DNA of 64,000 bases from Helicobacter cetorum (lineage in GTDB: Bacteria > Campylobacterota > Campylobacteria > Campylobacterales > DZAY01), in the NCBI GenBank assembly GCA_022729735.1, contig DZAY01000005.1, positions 40,420 to 104,419 on the forward strand, written 5' to 3'. Below are positions 1 to 10,407 of this stretch, piece by piece (the stretch's first letter is position 1; each line of letters begins with the position of its first letter). The translations under genes and the position numbers were made by a program. Below the pieces are notes generated by a model. That model was not told where the DNA came from. It worked only from the letters and a program-made list of their open reading frames with translations, and did not search any database.

Positions 1-2
1 CG

Positions 3-533
3 TTTTTTAAAACAGAGTTTGGAAAATTTGTGGGAGTTATTTTAATATCTACATCTCTTATGAGTATATATCCAATATATACAGGTTGGCTGTTAAAAGT
101 TGAAAGTGATACAAATGTTAAACTTTTAAAAGAGTTAAAAGAACTATCAGACAAAAAAGTCTATTATGAGCAAAAAATTGCAGAGTTTAATAATCAAAAA
201 AGTGAATTACTAAAAAAACAAAATAGTGCAGTGCTTGACTACAACTACTATAACTCTATTTTAGATGAGTTAAACAAAGGCTTTAATAAGGGGTTAAATA
301 AAACTCAACTTATGGTAAATTTTGTAAAAGAGTTAAATAGTGCAAATGTATTTACAATTTCAATAAATATAAAAGATGAAGAGTTAGAAGCTCTTGTATA
401 TTCTATTAGTGAAGATGAGATAGCAAATTTAATTAAAAATTTAAGAGCTAAAGGGTTTGATATTGATATTAAAAAGATTTATAAAGATAGTGATGAAAGC
501 TTTAAAAGCAAACTAAAAGTGAAACTACTATGA
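3..533 (+). CDS. 5'-truncated PilN/MshI-like type IV pilus alignment protein (C-terminal part)
   Basis: The frame is open from position 3 (FFKTEFGKFV...), so the gene starts before the window. One TM helix, a coiled coil, then a ferredoxin-like tail; directly upstream of pilO-like and secretin genes. Confidence 0.6.
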   Translation, partial: FFKTEFGKFVGVILISTSLMSIYPIYTGWLLKVESDTNVKLLKELKELSDKKVYYEQKIAEFNNQKSELLKKQNSAVLDYNYYNSILDELNKGFNKGLNKTQLMVNFVKELNSANVFTISINIKDEELEALVYSISEDEIANLIKNLRAKGFDIDIKKIYKDSDESFKSKLKVKLL

Positions 534-1159
534 AAACTTTGACATTTAGCGAGAGATTTAATAACTCAATAAAAAGTAAAAAAAAGAGCGAACAAGCAAT
601 TATATTTGTATTACCAATCATAATAGCTATATCTTTATCTACATATCTTATTATGCCAACAATGGATAAAAGATTAAAAGAAGCACAAAAGAGAAATGCT
701 CAAATAGAGTCTCAAATTTCAACGGTTAAAACATATTTATACTCTATTGGTGCTTTGAGTGGAATAGATGTAGAAAAAGAGTTAGGTATAAAATTAAGTG
801 AAATTGAAAATGACATTTTAAAAAATAATTTAGAAAAAGATAAACTTAGGTATTCACTTTTGGAATTGAATTCAAATCAGAGTGATTGGACAAATCTACT
901 AAACACTCTTGCAAATAGAGCCTTAGAGCTTAATCTAAAAACTAATGTAATTTCAAAAGATAATATTGATAGTAATTTGACTTATCTTAAAGAGCGAGAG
1001 TTTGATTTTGTTGGTAGTGGAGATTTTAAAGATATTATAAGATTTATGAATTTTATAGAGTTACAAACAGGATTGGTAAAAATAAAAAGCATAAATTTAG
1101 ATTATAAAGATGAAATTAATTTCAGAATTAAAATCACCATCATGGAGCTTATTATATGA
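530..1159 (+). CDS. PilO/MshJ-like pilus inner-membrane protein
   Basis: N-terminal TM, coiled coil and a PilO-like C-terminus (GSGDFKDIIRFMNFIE...VKIKSINL); ATGA overlap with the upstream gene. Confidence 0.75.
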   Translation: MKTLTFSERFNNSIKSKKKSEQAIIFVLPIIIAISLSTYLIMPTMDKRLKEAQKRNAQIESQISTVKTYLYSIGALSGIDVEKELGIKLSEIENDILKNNLEKDKLRYSLLELNSNQSDWTNLLNTLANRALELNLKTNVISKDNIDSNLTYLKEREFDFVGSGDFKDIIRFMNFIELQTGLVKIKSINLDYKDEINFRIKITIMELII

Positions 1160-1590
1160 AAAAAACTGTAATTTTTTTAATATCTATTTTAAATATTTTC
1201 GCAGAGCCACTATTTGTAGTTCCAAAAATGGATATTGATAAAAATATAGATGATATATTTGACCCATTTCCTCAAAAAATTATAGAAGAAAACTCTACTG
1301 ATTATAGTCAAGATGGAACGGAAATTGCTCCACCTATTGATATTGTTCAAACACTAAAGTTTGAAGCAAAAATTGATAATAGAGTGTTGCTTAGTGGCAA
1401 GTGGTATAAAAAAGATGATAACATCTCAACTTATAAGATTGTAGATATTAATAAAACCGATGTTCGCCTCTTAAACAGCGAAACCAATGAGACACTTTAT
1501 ATATCAGTTTTTGCAAAACAAGATAATATAAAAAGTAGGATTTTAGATGAAAATAAAACTCTTAATCTTAATGTCTATCATGGTAAGTAG
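1156..1590 (+). CDS. PilP/MshK-like periplasmic pilus protein
   Basis: Signal peptide, DPF motif and AKIDNRVLLSGKWYKKDD beta domain; lies between the pilO-like gene and the secretin. Confidence 0.65.
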   Translation: MKKTVIFLISILNIFAEPLFVVPKMDIDKNIDDIFDPFPQKIIEENSTDYSQDGTEIAPPIDIVQTLKFEAKIDNRVLLSGKWYKKDDNISTYKIVDINKTDVRLLNSETNETLYISVFAKQDNIKSRILDENKTLNLNVYHGK

Positions 1591-3190
1591 TTTAGGTGCA
1601 AATAGTTGTCAATCAAGACTTTTTACTATCGATAGCAAAGATTTAACTATTAGCAAATTTTTAAACTATATGGCACAAGAGTGTTCATTAGGAGTTCTCT
1701 ATAAAGATAGATATGCAAAAGATTTAGCAGAGAGTAGTAATTTAAATCTTTATCTTAAAGATGTAACTCTAAATGAGCTTTTAGAAATTACTTTGAAAGA
1801 GAATAAACTTGCTTATGAATTTAATAATAAAATAATAAAAGTTAGCTATGAAGTGTCAAAAACATTTACACTTGACTATATTAGTGGCACAAGAACTGGT
1901 AAAAGCACAACAAACATCGACCTTTCATCAGGAGTTGGAACAACTAATGTAGCTACTGCTAATAGTGGTAGTGGTGGAACTGCTGGTGGAGGTTCAAATA
2001 TTAATATTGAGTCAGGAAGTGATTTTAATGTTTGGACACAAATAAAAACAGATATTGAAGAGATTTTGAAAAGTTCAAACTCTGATGGAAATATGAGTGG
2101 TTATCAACCAACTGTATTTATAAATGAAGGTGCAGGATTTATAAATGTAACTGGAAATATTGAGCAGATAGATAGAATAGAACACTATATAAATGAAATT
2201 TCAAAAAAATTAACAAATCAAGTATTAATAGATGTGACAATTTTGAATGTTACACTAAATCATAACCAAAAAACTGGTATAGATTGGGGACAGTTACAAA
2301 GCATTTTAAATGTTGGTGTTGATTACTCATTAGGATATGGAGATAGTAGAAAAAGAGATGGAAATAAAGAAACAGTTGGTATTGTGAATAATGGAAATGG
2401 TGGTTCAAATAGTTTAAGCCTTTCTTTAAGTGATGCACCAACACCATCAACAGGATTAGATGGCACAACTTCAACTACAGCAGGTGGCAGTGAAATACAA
2501 TCTGAATTTAATGCAAATCCAGCTCTTTTGAATGGACAAAAAGTTTATGATGCAAAATCTATATTAAATAGTTCATCTTTTGCAATTAGTGGAAATGTAA
2601 ATTTTAATGAAGTGATTAGATTTCTAAAAACTCAAGGAGATGTAAAAAGTGTATCAAATCCTAAAGTATTAACTCTAAATAATCAACCAGCAATTATAAG
2701 TGTTGGTGAGCAGATATTTTATAGAACAATACAAGTTACATCAACAACAACACAAGCGACTCAAACAAATACAGCCACATCAATAGAAAATGTATTTACA
2801 GGAGTTTTGCTTGATATTACTCCAACGATTACTAATTCAAATGAGATTATTTTAAAAATTAATCCATCAATTAGCTCACCAAGAAATGATATAGCATTTA
2901 ATGGAAATATTAGAGAAATGCCACCAGATATATCAAAAAAACAGCTTAACTCTGTGGTAAAAGTTAAAGATGAAGATAAGATTATAATTGGAGGACTTAT
3001 AAATACAACTCTTCAAGATGATGAGTCAAAAGTCCCATTTTTAGGAGATATTCCTTTAGTTGGAAATCTATTTAGACAAGATACAAAAGGTGAAGTAATA
3101 TCAGAATTAGTAATTATAATTACTCCACATATTATAAAAAGTGATAAAGCTCCATCTTTAAAAGATTTAGGTTATAACAATGTCGAATAG
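1547..3190 (+). CDS. mshL: Secretin, MSHA-type MshL / CtsD
   Basis: Signal peptide and secretin motifs QVLIDVTIL, GIDW, SNPKVLTLNNQPA, GVLLDITP, KVPFLGDIPLVGNLF and ELVIIITP; Ser/Gly-rich insert. Confidence 0.95.
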   Translation: MKIKLLILMSIMVSSLGANSCQSRLFTIDSKDLTISKFLNYMAQECSLGVLYKDRYAKDLAESSNLNLYLKDVTLNELLEITLKENKLAYEFNNKIIKVSYEVSKTFTLDYISGTRTGKSTTNIDLSSGVGTTNVATANSGSGGTAGGGSNINIESGSDFNVWTQIKTDIEEILKSSNSDGNMSGYQPTVFINEGAGFINVTGNIEQIDRIEHYINEISKKLTNQVLIDVTILNVTLNHNQKTGIDWGQLQSILNVGVDYSLGYGDSRKRDGNKETVGIVNNGNGGSNSLSLSLSDAPTPSTGLDGTTSTTAGGSEIQSEFNANPALLNGQKVYDAKSILNSSSFAISGNVNFNEVIRFLKTQGDVKSVSNPKVLTLNNQPAIISVGEQIFYRTIQVTSTTTQATQTNTATSIENVFTGVLLDITPTITNSNEIILKINPSISSPRNDIAFNGNIREMPPDISKKQLNSVVKVKDEDKIIIGGLINTTLQDDESKVPFLGDIPLVGNLFRQDTKGEVISELVIIITPHIIKSDKAPSLKDLGYNNVE

Positions 3191-4001
3191 TAATAAATTT
3201 GAAAAAGCAAAGGATTGTTTTGCAGATGCTGAAGGTGTAAGGTTTATAAATTTAGATACATCTGTTTTGGCATTTGAAAAATTGGCTGAAAGTGTTGAAA
3301 ATAGTCATATCAAAATGACTCTATTAAGTGGTCTCCCTGGAACTGGCAAAAGTGTATTATTGGAAAAAATATATGAGAGATACAAAGAAAATATGAATAT
3401 TTTGCTTGTAAAAATACCATTTGACTCAATAGAATCTCTACTTTGGCAAATAAATAATATGTTTATATTTTTGGCAGATAGAGATATAGATGAGATGAAA
3501 AGTTTTACATTGATGCTTGATAAAATTGCAAATGGATTAAATGATAAACAGATTATAATTCTTTTAGATGAAGCACAAATATATGCAGAAAAAGAGTTAG
3601 AATATATTAGACTTTTATCTGATACCAAAAAATTTAAATTTATATTAGCTCTTCATGAGTTAAAAAATGAGACAGTAATTGTTAGAGAATATTTCAAATC
3701 AAGAATTTGGCAAATAATCAAACTTGAAAACTTATCAAGAAGTGAAGTTCATGTATATATTGAAAAAAAACTATTGGCATATAGTTTATATGATGTTATA
3801 GTTCTGTTTTCAAAAACAAATTATAGTTTGATTTATAAATTAACTCATGGTAATCTTAGAAACATAAATAAATTGCTCTTTTTAGTATTTAATATAGTTG
3901 ATTATTACTCAAAACATGATGGAACAAAGGTAGATATGGCTAAAATTCCAAATAAAATTATTGAAATGGCGGCAATTGAGTTAGGATTTATAAATGGGTA
4001 G
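3180..4001 (+). CDS. ExeA/MshM-like AAA ATPase (CtsP-like)
   Basis: Walker A GLPGTGKS, Walker B IILLDEAQ and sensor THGNLRNINKL; follows the secretin as ctsP does in Campylobacter. Confidence 0.85.
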   Translation: MSNSNKFEKAKDCFADAEGVRFINLDTSVLAFEKLAESVENSHIKMTLLSGLPGTGKSVLLEKIYERYKENMNILLVKIPFDSIESLLWQINNMFIFLADRDIDEMKSFTLMLDKIANGLNDKQIIILLDEAQIYAEKELEYIRLLSDTKKFKFILALHELKNETVIVREYFKSRIWQIIKLENLSRSEVHVYIEKKLLAYSLYDVIVLFSKTNYSLIYKLTHGNLRNINKLLFLVFNIVDYYSKHDGTKVDMAKIPNKIIEMAAIELGFING

Positions 4002-4725
4002 ATATTCAGAATTAGAAAATAGATGGTTAAAATATAAGATAAAAACTCTTATTTATAAACTAATAATACCTCTGTTTGTTATACTTATTTTACTTTTAAT
4101 ATACTTCTTTATAAAAGATGGAGTAGATACTAATCAAACTATTATTGAAACAAATACCACAACTCCAGAAAGTTCATATAGCTCTACTTCAATATCACCA
4201 GAATTAAATAAAACATTAAAAGCAGATTTTGGATTTGTAGATAGAATAAAAGATAAAGTTCAAAAAGAAGGACTTGCTCCACCACCTCCACCAACAACAA
4301 AAATAGATTTACCTCCACCAATAGTTATACCTGCAAGTAGTAGTAGCAGTAGTAGCTCTCAAAAATCTTCAAGTAGCTCTACAATGGGGTTTAATCTTCA
4401 ATCTAAAGAGATGAATACAAAAGCAGATAAATTAGAGCTATTAGAGAGTAAATTCAAACAGAGCAATGATATAAAAGATGCTTTAGAGCTTTCAAGAGAG
4501 TTTTACAAAGTCAAAAACTATCCAAAAGCTCTAAATTGGGCAATTATTGCAAATGGTATTGATAGTAAAAATGCTGATAGTTGGATTATGTTTGCTAAAT
4601 CTAAATATAAAATTGGAGATAGAGGAAAAGCTATTGAAGCTTTGGAAATATTTTCTAAAACAAGCAATTCAACAAGAGATGTTCTATTAGTGCTTGAAGC
4701 TATGAAAAGAGGAATTTTAGAATAA
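3994..4725 (+). CDS. Membrane-anchored TPR protein (CtsX/MshN-like)
   Basis: N-terminal TM, Pro- and Ser-rich linker, C-terminal TPR-like helices (YPKALNWAIIAN...SWIMFAKSKYKIG). Confidence 0.75.
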   Translation: MGRYSELENRWLKYKIKTLIYKLIIPLFVILILLLIYFFIKDGVDTNQTIIETNTTTPESSYSSTSISPELNKTLKADFGFVDRIKDKVQKEGLAPPPPPTTKIDLPPPIVIPASSSSSSSSQKSSSSSTMGFNLQSKEMNTKADKLELLESKFKQSNDIKDALELSREFYKVKNYPKALNWAIIANGIDSKNADSWIMFAKSKYKIGDRGKAIEALEIFSKTSNSTRDVLLVLEAMKRGILE

Positions 4726-5258
4726 TGAGACCAGTTTTACTTATTTTTATATTTTCACTCACACTATTTGCAAATACAAGAGATTCTATTATGCAAATGT
4801 ATAGCAGTGAAAATTATGAAAAAGCTTGTTTAGTTGGTAGTAGATTATTTGAAAAATATCCAGATGAAGATTTTATATCAATGGTGGGATTTGCTTGTTT
4901 ATATTCTGATTATGTAGATAAATTGATAATTCCTATTACAAAATTGAGAGATACAGAAGGTGGGCGAAAAAATTCTGCATTTTTTGCAATTGCACTAATG
5001 CAAAAAAAACTGTTATATTCTGCACTAATTGATAATATTGATATATTTGGAATTTCTATTCCAAGTATTGATTATGTTTTATCAAAAATTTTTAATAAAT
5101 ATGTGCGAAAAGAGTTTATTTTAGAAAATGGAACATATATTATAAAAGATGGAGATTTGGAATACAAAATGAGAGTTGTTCAAAGTGGAGGTTACAAAAA
5201 AATTCAAGTTGATATATTTAAAAACTCTAAATTTATAAAAACTCACTACTATTGGTAA
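4725..5258 (+). CDS. Exported hypothetical protein of the pilus operon
   Basis: Signal peptide and two Cys; coupled to both neighbours. Confidence 0.7.
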   Translation: MRPVLLIFIFSLTLFANTRDSIMQMYSSENYEKACLVGSRLFEKYPDEDFISMVGFACLYSDYVDKLIIPITKLRDTEGGRKNSAFFAIALMQKKLLYSALIDNIDIFGISIPSIDYVLSKIFNKYVRKEFILENGTYIIKDGDLEYKMRVVQSGGYKKIQVDIFKNSKFIKTHYYW

Positions 5259-5262
5259 GATT

Positions 5263-7041
5263 ATGGCAGAAATAACACAACCTCAACAACCTGTAAAAAT
5301 GAGAATAGGTGATAGATTAGTTCAAGCTGGATTAATCACCAATGAGCAGTTAATGCAAGCTTTGGGAGTGCAAAAAACTTTAACTGTTAGAAAAAAAATT
5401 ATTAGAGTATTGGCAGATTTAGGTTTTATTGATGAAGATAAACTTATGGAATTCTTTGCCGAGCAAGGACGACTTGGCAACTTAAATCTTGACTCAATTA
5501 TTGAAGATTTTCCTGCTAATGAAGATGAAATACTTAAAAAGCTTAGTGGTGCATTAAAATTAGAGTTTATAGATTTGGAAAACATAGATATAGATTCTAA
5601 AATTGCTACATCTGTTCCATTTGCTCAACTAAAAAAATTCTTAGCAATTCCAATTAATGAAAGTGAATTTAATATCTTAGTTGCATTTCGAGACCCATTA
5701 GATTTTAATGCTCAAGAGTTAATACAAAGGTCATTTAAGCGAAAACCTATAAAAGTTGTTGTTGCAAAGCGAGAACAAATTTTAAAATATTTAACTAAAT
5801 TAGAAACAAATTTGAGTGTTTTGGATTTAGTTGTCAAAATTCGTCAAGAAATTTCACTAAATACTAATACAGAAAACATAGGTAAATCTACAAGTATTTT
5901 AAAGTTAATAGAGGTGATTTTAAAAAGTGCAATTACAAGTAGAGCAAGTGATATTCATATAGAGCCAACAATTAATGGTTGTATTGTAAGGCATAGAATT
6001 GATGGACTTTTGCAAGAGAGTTTTTCATTTGATGAAGATATTTTCCCGCCACTATCTTCAAGAATTAAACTCTTAGCATCACTTGATATTGCAGAAAAAC
6101 GAAAACCTCAAGATGGAAGATTTAGTGCAAAAATAGCAAATAAAGATTTTGATTTTAGGATTTCAACTCTTCCAACACTTTTGGGTGAATCGATAGTTAT
6201 TAGGATACTTGATAAGTCAAAAATTATGATTAAATTAGAAGATTTAGGATTAAGTGAAAGCACATTTAAACGACTAAAAAAAGCGATGTCTTCACCACAT
6301 GGAATGATTTTTGTAACAGGACCAACAGGAAGTGGTAAAACAACAACTCTTTATGCAGCTCTAAGTGCAATAAAAAGTGTATCTAAAAAAATTCTAACAG
6401 TTGAAGACCCAGTTGAATATCAATTACCAATGGTTCAACAAATTGGTGTAAATGAAAAAGTTGGATTAACTTTTGCAACGGTTTTAAGAAGTATATTAAG
6501 ACAAGACCCAGATATTATAATGATAGGTGAGGTTAGGGATACAGAAACCTTAAGAATTGCTATTCAAGCTGCATTAACAGGACATTTAGTTTTTTCTACA
6601 CTTCACACAAACGATGCAATTAGTGCAATTACAAGACTACTTGATATGGGAATTGAGAGTTACTTTGTAAGTAGTTCAGTTGTTGCAATCCAAGCACAAA
6701 GATTAATTCGGAGATTATGTGTGCATTGTAAAAAACCGACAGATTTAGCTGATAATGTATATGAAGAGATAAAAGATTATATTCCAAAAGAGCATCAATT
6801 TTATAAAGCAATAGGATGTGATAAATGCTCAAATACAGGATATTTTGGGCGAGATATGGTTACTGAAATTTTACTTATAAATGATAAAATATCTCACTAT
6901 ATAGCACAAAGAGCAGATATAACTTTAATCAAAGAAGAAGCATTTAGAGATGGGTTTAAAACAATGTTTGAAGATGGTGTATTAAAAGCTTCAAAAGGTA
7001 TTACAACGATGGAAGAAGTTTATAGGGTTACAAAATTATAA
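5263..7041 (+). CDS. ctsE: GspE/PilB/MshE-family assembly ATPase with N-terminal MshEN motif
   Basis: ASDIHIEP, PQDGR, Walker A GPTGSGKT, EDPVEY, LRQDPDIIMIGEVRD, TGHLVFSTLHTN and a CxxC...CxxC Zn site. Confidence 0.95.
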   Translation: MAEITQPQQPVKMRIGDRLVQAGLITNEQLMQALGVQKTLTVRKKIIRVLADLGFIDEDKLMEFFAEQGRLGNLNLDSIIEDFPANEDEILKKLSGALKLEFIDLENIDIDSKIATSVPFAQLKKFLAIPINESEFNILVAFRDPLDFNAQELIQRSFKRKPIKVVVAKREQILKYLTKLETNLSVLDLVVKIRQEISLNTNTENIGKSTSILKLIEVILKSAITSRASDIHIEPTINGCIVRHRIDGLLQESFSFDEDIFPPLSSRIKLLASLDIAEKRKPQDGRFSAKIANKDFDFRISTLPTLLGESIVIRILDKSKIMIKLEDLGLSESTFKRLKKAMSSPHGMIFVTGPTGSGKTTTLYAALSAIKSVSKKILTVEDPVEYQLPMVQQIGVNEKVGLTFATVLRSILRQDPDIIMIGEVRDTETLRIAIQAALTGHLVFSTLHTNDAISAITRLLDMGIESYFVSSSVVAIQAQRLIRRLCVHCKKPTDLADNVYEEIKDYIPKEHQFYKAIGCDKCSNTGYFGRDMVTEILLINDKISHYIAQRADITLIKEEAFRDGFKTMFEDGVLKASKGITTMEEVYRVTKL

Positions 7042-8285
7042 TGAGATATTTTGATGTTACAGTCTTAATTAAAGGCAAAAAAGAGATAGTTAAAATTAAA
7101 GCAGAAAGTCGTCAAGATGCTATTTCAATTGCAAAAAATAGAGTTGTTGGAATTCCATTAAGAGCAATTGAGGGCAATCCATCTTTGATGAACTTATATG
7201 ATGAGCATATAGGTAATATCAAAAATAAAATTATTCCAAAAAAAAATATAAAAATAGAAACTATAATTGGAGCTATGCGACAATTAGCTGTAATGACTGG
7301 AGCTGGAATATCTATTCATCAATCAATCCAAAATATAATTGATATGACAAATGAAAAAGATTTTAAAGAGATTATGCAGACAGCTTATGATGGAATAAAC
7401 TCTGGAAAAAGTTTAAGTGAAGCTCTTTTACCATACAAAAAAGAGCTTGGAAATTTGACAATTTCTATGATAGATTTGGGTGAAAAGACAGGAAATTTAC
7501 CAGAATCACTTGCAATGCTTACAAAAACTTTAGAAGATTTAAAAGAGAATAGAGATAAATTTAAAAAAGCTCTAAGGTATCCATTGATTACTTTAACTGC
7601 TATGGCAATCGCATTTGTTATTCTAATTTTATTGGTTGTGCCAAAATTTAAAGCAATTTTTGCATCATTTAAAGCAGAACTGCCAATGCCAACAAAAGTT
7701 TTACTTGCAATAGAACATGCTTTATCAAATTATGGATTGCTTATTTTAGGATTTTTTGTAGCCCTATATTTTGCATTTAAATATATGTATGGAGCTAATG
7801 AAAATTTTAAAAATAGTGTAGATAGATACACTCTAAAGCTCTATTTAATTGGTGATATTATCTATTTATCTTCATTAAATCTATTCATGATTTCAATATC
7901 ACAATTAGCAAAAGCAGGAATTCCATTAACTGATGCTCTAAATTCTGGAATTAGTATGGTTGATAATAAATATTTAAGAGATAAACTTTCACTAATTTCA
8001 GCTTCAATTCAAAAAGGTGGAGATTTAACAACAGGTTTTAAAGATAGCGAACTATTTGAAAATATGATTATTCAAATGGTTCATGCTGGAGAAATTAGTG
8101 GTAGTTTAGATGAACTGCTTGGCAAAGGGGCTCAATATTATAAGATGAGATTTGATAATATTTTGGATAACATCTCATCATATATTGAGCCTTTAATGTT
8201 GGCATTTATCGCAGGATTGGTGCTTTTATTAGCATTAGGAATTTTCTTACCTATGTGGGATTTATCATCAGCTGTTAAAAAGTAA
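7041..8285 (+). CDS. ctsF: GspF/PilC/MshG platform protein
   Basis: RQLAVMTGAGI, GEKTGNL, KALRYP, GEISGSLD and IEP...IFLPMW motifs. Confidence 0.95.
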   Translation: MRYFDVTVLIKGKKEIVKIKAESRQDAISIAKNRVVGIPLRAIEGNPSLMNLYDEHIGNIKNKIIPKKNIKIETIIGAMRQLAVMTGAGISIHQSIQNIIDMTNEKDFKEIMQTAYDGINSGKSLSEALLPYKKELGNLTISMIDLGEKTGNLPESLAMLTKTLEDLKENRDKFKKALRYPLITLTAMAIAFVILILLVVPKFKAIFASFKAELPMPTKVLLAIEHALSNYGLLILGFFVALYFAFKYMYGANENFKNSVDRYTLKLYLIGDIIYLSSLNLFMISISQLAKAGIPLTDALNSGISMVDNKYLRDKLSLISASIQKGGDLTTGFKDSELFENMIIQMVHAGEISGSLDELLGKGAQYYKMRFDNILDNISSYIEPLMLAFIAGLVLLLALGIFLPMWDLSSAVKK

Positions 8286-8296
8286 AAAGGAGTGAT

Positions 8297-9094
8297 ATGA
8301 AAACATTTGCAGTAATTGGAAATCCAATTTCTCACTCTCTCTCTCCACAAATGCAAAATTATGCAATTTCAAAATTAAAAATTGAAGCTATGTATCTTAG
8401 ATATTTGTTAGAAGATGGGAATAGATTAAAAGAAAAGTTTTTAAAGCTTAAATTAGATGGAGCAAATATTACACTTCCATATAAAGAGTTTGCATATAAT
8501 TTAGTTGATGAGGTTAGAGGCGATGCAATTGGAATGAAATCTGTAAATACAGTAGTTTTAGAAGATGGCAGATTAATTGGCTACAATAGTGATGGCTTTG
8601 GATTTATGAAATCTATTGAAGAGTTTGAAGCAAAAAATATACTGCTACTTGGTGCAGGTGGCACGGCAAGGAGTATTGCTTATATCTTAAAATCAAATGA
8701 AATTGATGTAACTATTTTAAATCGCTCAAAAGAGCGATTAAGCTATTTTAAAGAATTTAAAGTTGCAACTTTTGAAGATTTTAACAGTTTTGAAGATTTT
8801 GATTTAGTTGTAAATAGCACTTCAGCAGGGCTTAAAGATAGCTACCTTCCAGCTCCAATTGATATATTAAATAGAGTTTTTGAAAGAGGTGCTAATGCTT
8901 TTGATGTAATTTATGGCAAAAAAACCCCATTTTTAGAGTTAGCAACAGCTCATAATAGAAAAATTAAAGATGGAGCTTCTATGTTAATTTATCAAGGAGC
9001 TATGTCTCTTAATCTATTTTTAAATTCACAATTTAGTGTTGAGGAGATTGCAAAACTGCTAAGAGATGGACTTTCTAAAGAAGCCCTGCTTTGA
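8297..9094 (+). CDS. aroE: Shikimate dehydrogenase
   Basis: GNPISHSLSP, GANITLPYK, VNT, GYNSDG, GAGGTAR, NSTSAG and DG..MLIYQG; AGGAG RBS. Confidence 0.95.
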   Translation: MKTFAVIGNPISHSLSPQMQNYAISKLKIEAMYLRYLLEDGNRLKEKFLKLKLDGANITLPYKEFAYNLVDEVRGDAIGMKSVNTVVLEDGRLIGYNSDGFGFMKSIEEFEAKNILLLGAGGTARSIAYILKSNEIDVTILNRSKERLSYFKEFKVATFEDFNSFEDFDLVVNSTSAGLKDSYLPAPIDILNRVFERGANAFDVIYGKKTPFLELATAHNRKIKDGASMLIYQGAMSLNLFLNSQFSVEEIAKLLRDGLSKEALL

Positions 9095-9846
9095 GCTATA
9101 ATCCAGATATTTTAAATTATAAACCAATTTTAAAATTAGATGAGATTGAAATTTTAGAAGATATAAATAGTCAAATCTCTTTGAAAAAATTTTTATCAAA
9201 TAAAAATTTAGTAGAAAAATTTGGTTTTGATTTTATATATACAAGTGCAAAAATAGAAGGTAATACTTACTCTAAAGCTGATGCAATTACACTTTTAGAT
9301 TATGGACGAACTGCTGGAGGAAAAAGCTTTAGCGATGCAAAAATGTTAATAAATTTAAATAAAGCTTTTAAATTTATTTTACATGGTGATTGTGAAATTA
9401 ATAAATTAAAACTTAGACAAATTCATACTATTTTAGCTGATGAGCTTATAGATGATATAGATTTAGGTTCTGTACGAAAAAGAGGAGTTTTGATTAAAGG
9501 TAGTAATTACACTCCTTTAGCTGATTTTATTACTTTAGAGAGTGAGCTTGATAGATTAATCTCTATTTATAAAACTATTCAAAATCCATTTGATAAAGCT
9601 TTGTATCTTCATAATAATCTTGCTTATTTACAATATTTTATCGATGTAAATAAACGAACTGCAAGAGTGGTTTTGAATTTATCGTTAAAATGTGATGATA
9701 AAATGATTTTAATACCAGATGAAGAAAAAATAGAGTTATATATTGATGGCATTTTAGACTATTATGAGAGTGGAAATAGTCAAAAATCAAAAGAGTTTTT
9801 TATTATAAGTTATCAAAAAGTTGCAAATCTTGCAAAAGGTTTTTAG
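9091..9846 (+). CDS. Fic/Doc-family protein with non-canonical active site
   Basis: Inhibitory motif SAKIEGN; Fic core HNNLAYLQYFIDVNKRTAR; TTG start overlapping the aroE stop. Confidence 0.85.
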   Translation: MSYNPDILNYKPILKLDEIEILEDINSQISLKKFLSNKNLVEKFGFDFIYTSAKIEGNTYSKADAITLLDYGRTAGGKSFSDAKMLINLNKAFKFILHGDCEINKLKLRQIHTILADELIDDIDLGSVRKRGVLIKGSNYTPLADFITLESELDRLISIYKTIQNPFDKALYLHNNLAYLQYFIDVNKRTARVVLNLSLKCDDKMILIPDEEKIELYIDGILDYYESGNSQKSKEFFIISYQKVANLAKGF

Positions 9847-10404
9847 ATGATAGATTTAATTGCTATAAAATTAATTGAAGCATTAGGTGGTTTTTTATTT
9901 GAAAATTATATAAATAAAATGGCTGAAATATCATTAGAAAATGCTCCAAGTTGGTATGAAAATGTGGTTGATGAGAGTAAAATATATGTTTTTTATGCAG
10001 AGTCTGGAGGAGTTGATATAATTCCAAAAGCAAAAAACAGAACAAGAGAACTTATGATAGAAAAGATTGATAATATAATTGAGATAGTTATATATGATAA
10101 TTTTAGAGATATTCAAAGTGGAGCTGAAAATAGATTAATTCAAGAGTGGAAAGTTGATAATAATTTACCTATTTTTGTAGATAAATCTATAACTTATGAC
10201 AAGATAGAGCAAGTTGGAGCAAGAGAAGAAGGTTTTTTTACAAAAAAAAGAGATGCAATGGTATTTATTAGAGCATATATTCCCAAAAAAGTAGTTTTTG
10301 AATATCAAAAAGAGAGAATTATAAATTTAAAAAATGGGTTATTAAAAGAAAAATCAGATAGTGCATTTGATGAGTTAGAAGATGAAATAAAAGAGTTTGA
10401 ATAA
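9847..10404 (+). CDS. Hypothetical protein, LPP20-like
   Basis: APSW motif, an AKNR-type helix and a C-terminal AFDELEDE, reminiscent of LPP20-family proteins; no lipobox Cys. Confidence 0.5.
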   Translation: MIDLIAIKLIEALGGFLFENYINKMAEISLENAPSWYENVVDESKIYVFYAESGGVDIIPKAKNRTRELMIEKIDNIIEIVIYDNFRDIQSGAENRLIQEWKVDNNLPIFVDKSITYDKIEQVGAREEGFFTKKRDAMVFIRAYIPKKVVFEYQKERIINLKNGLLKEKSDSAFDELEDEIKEFE

Positions 10405-10407
10405 AAA

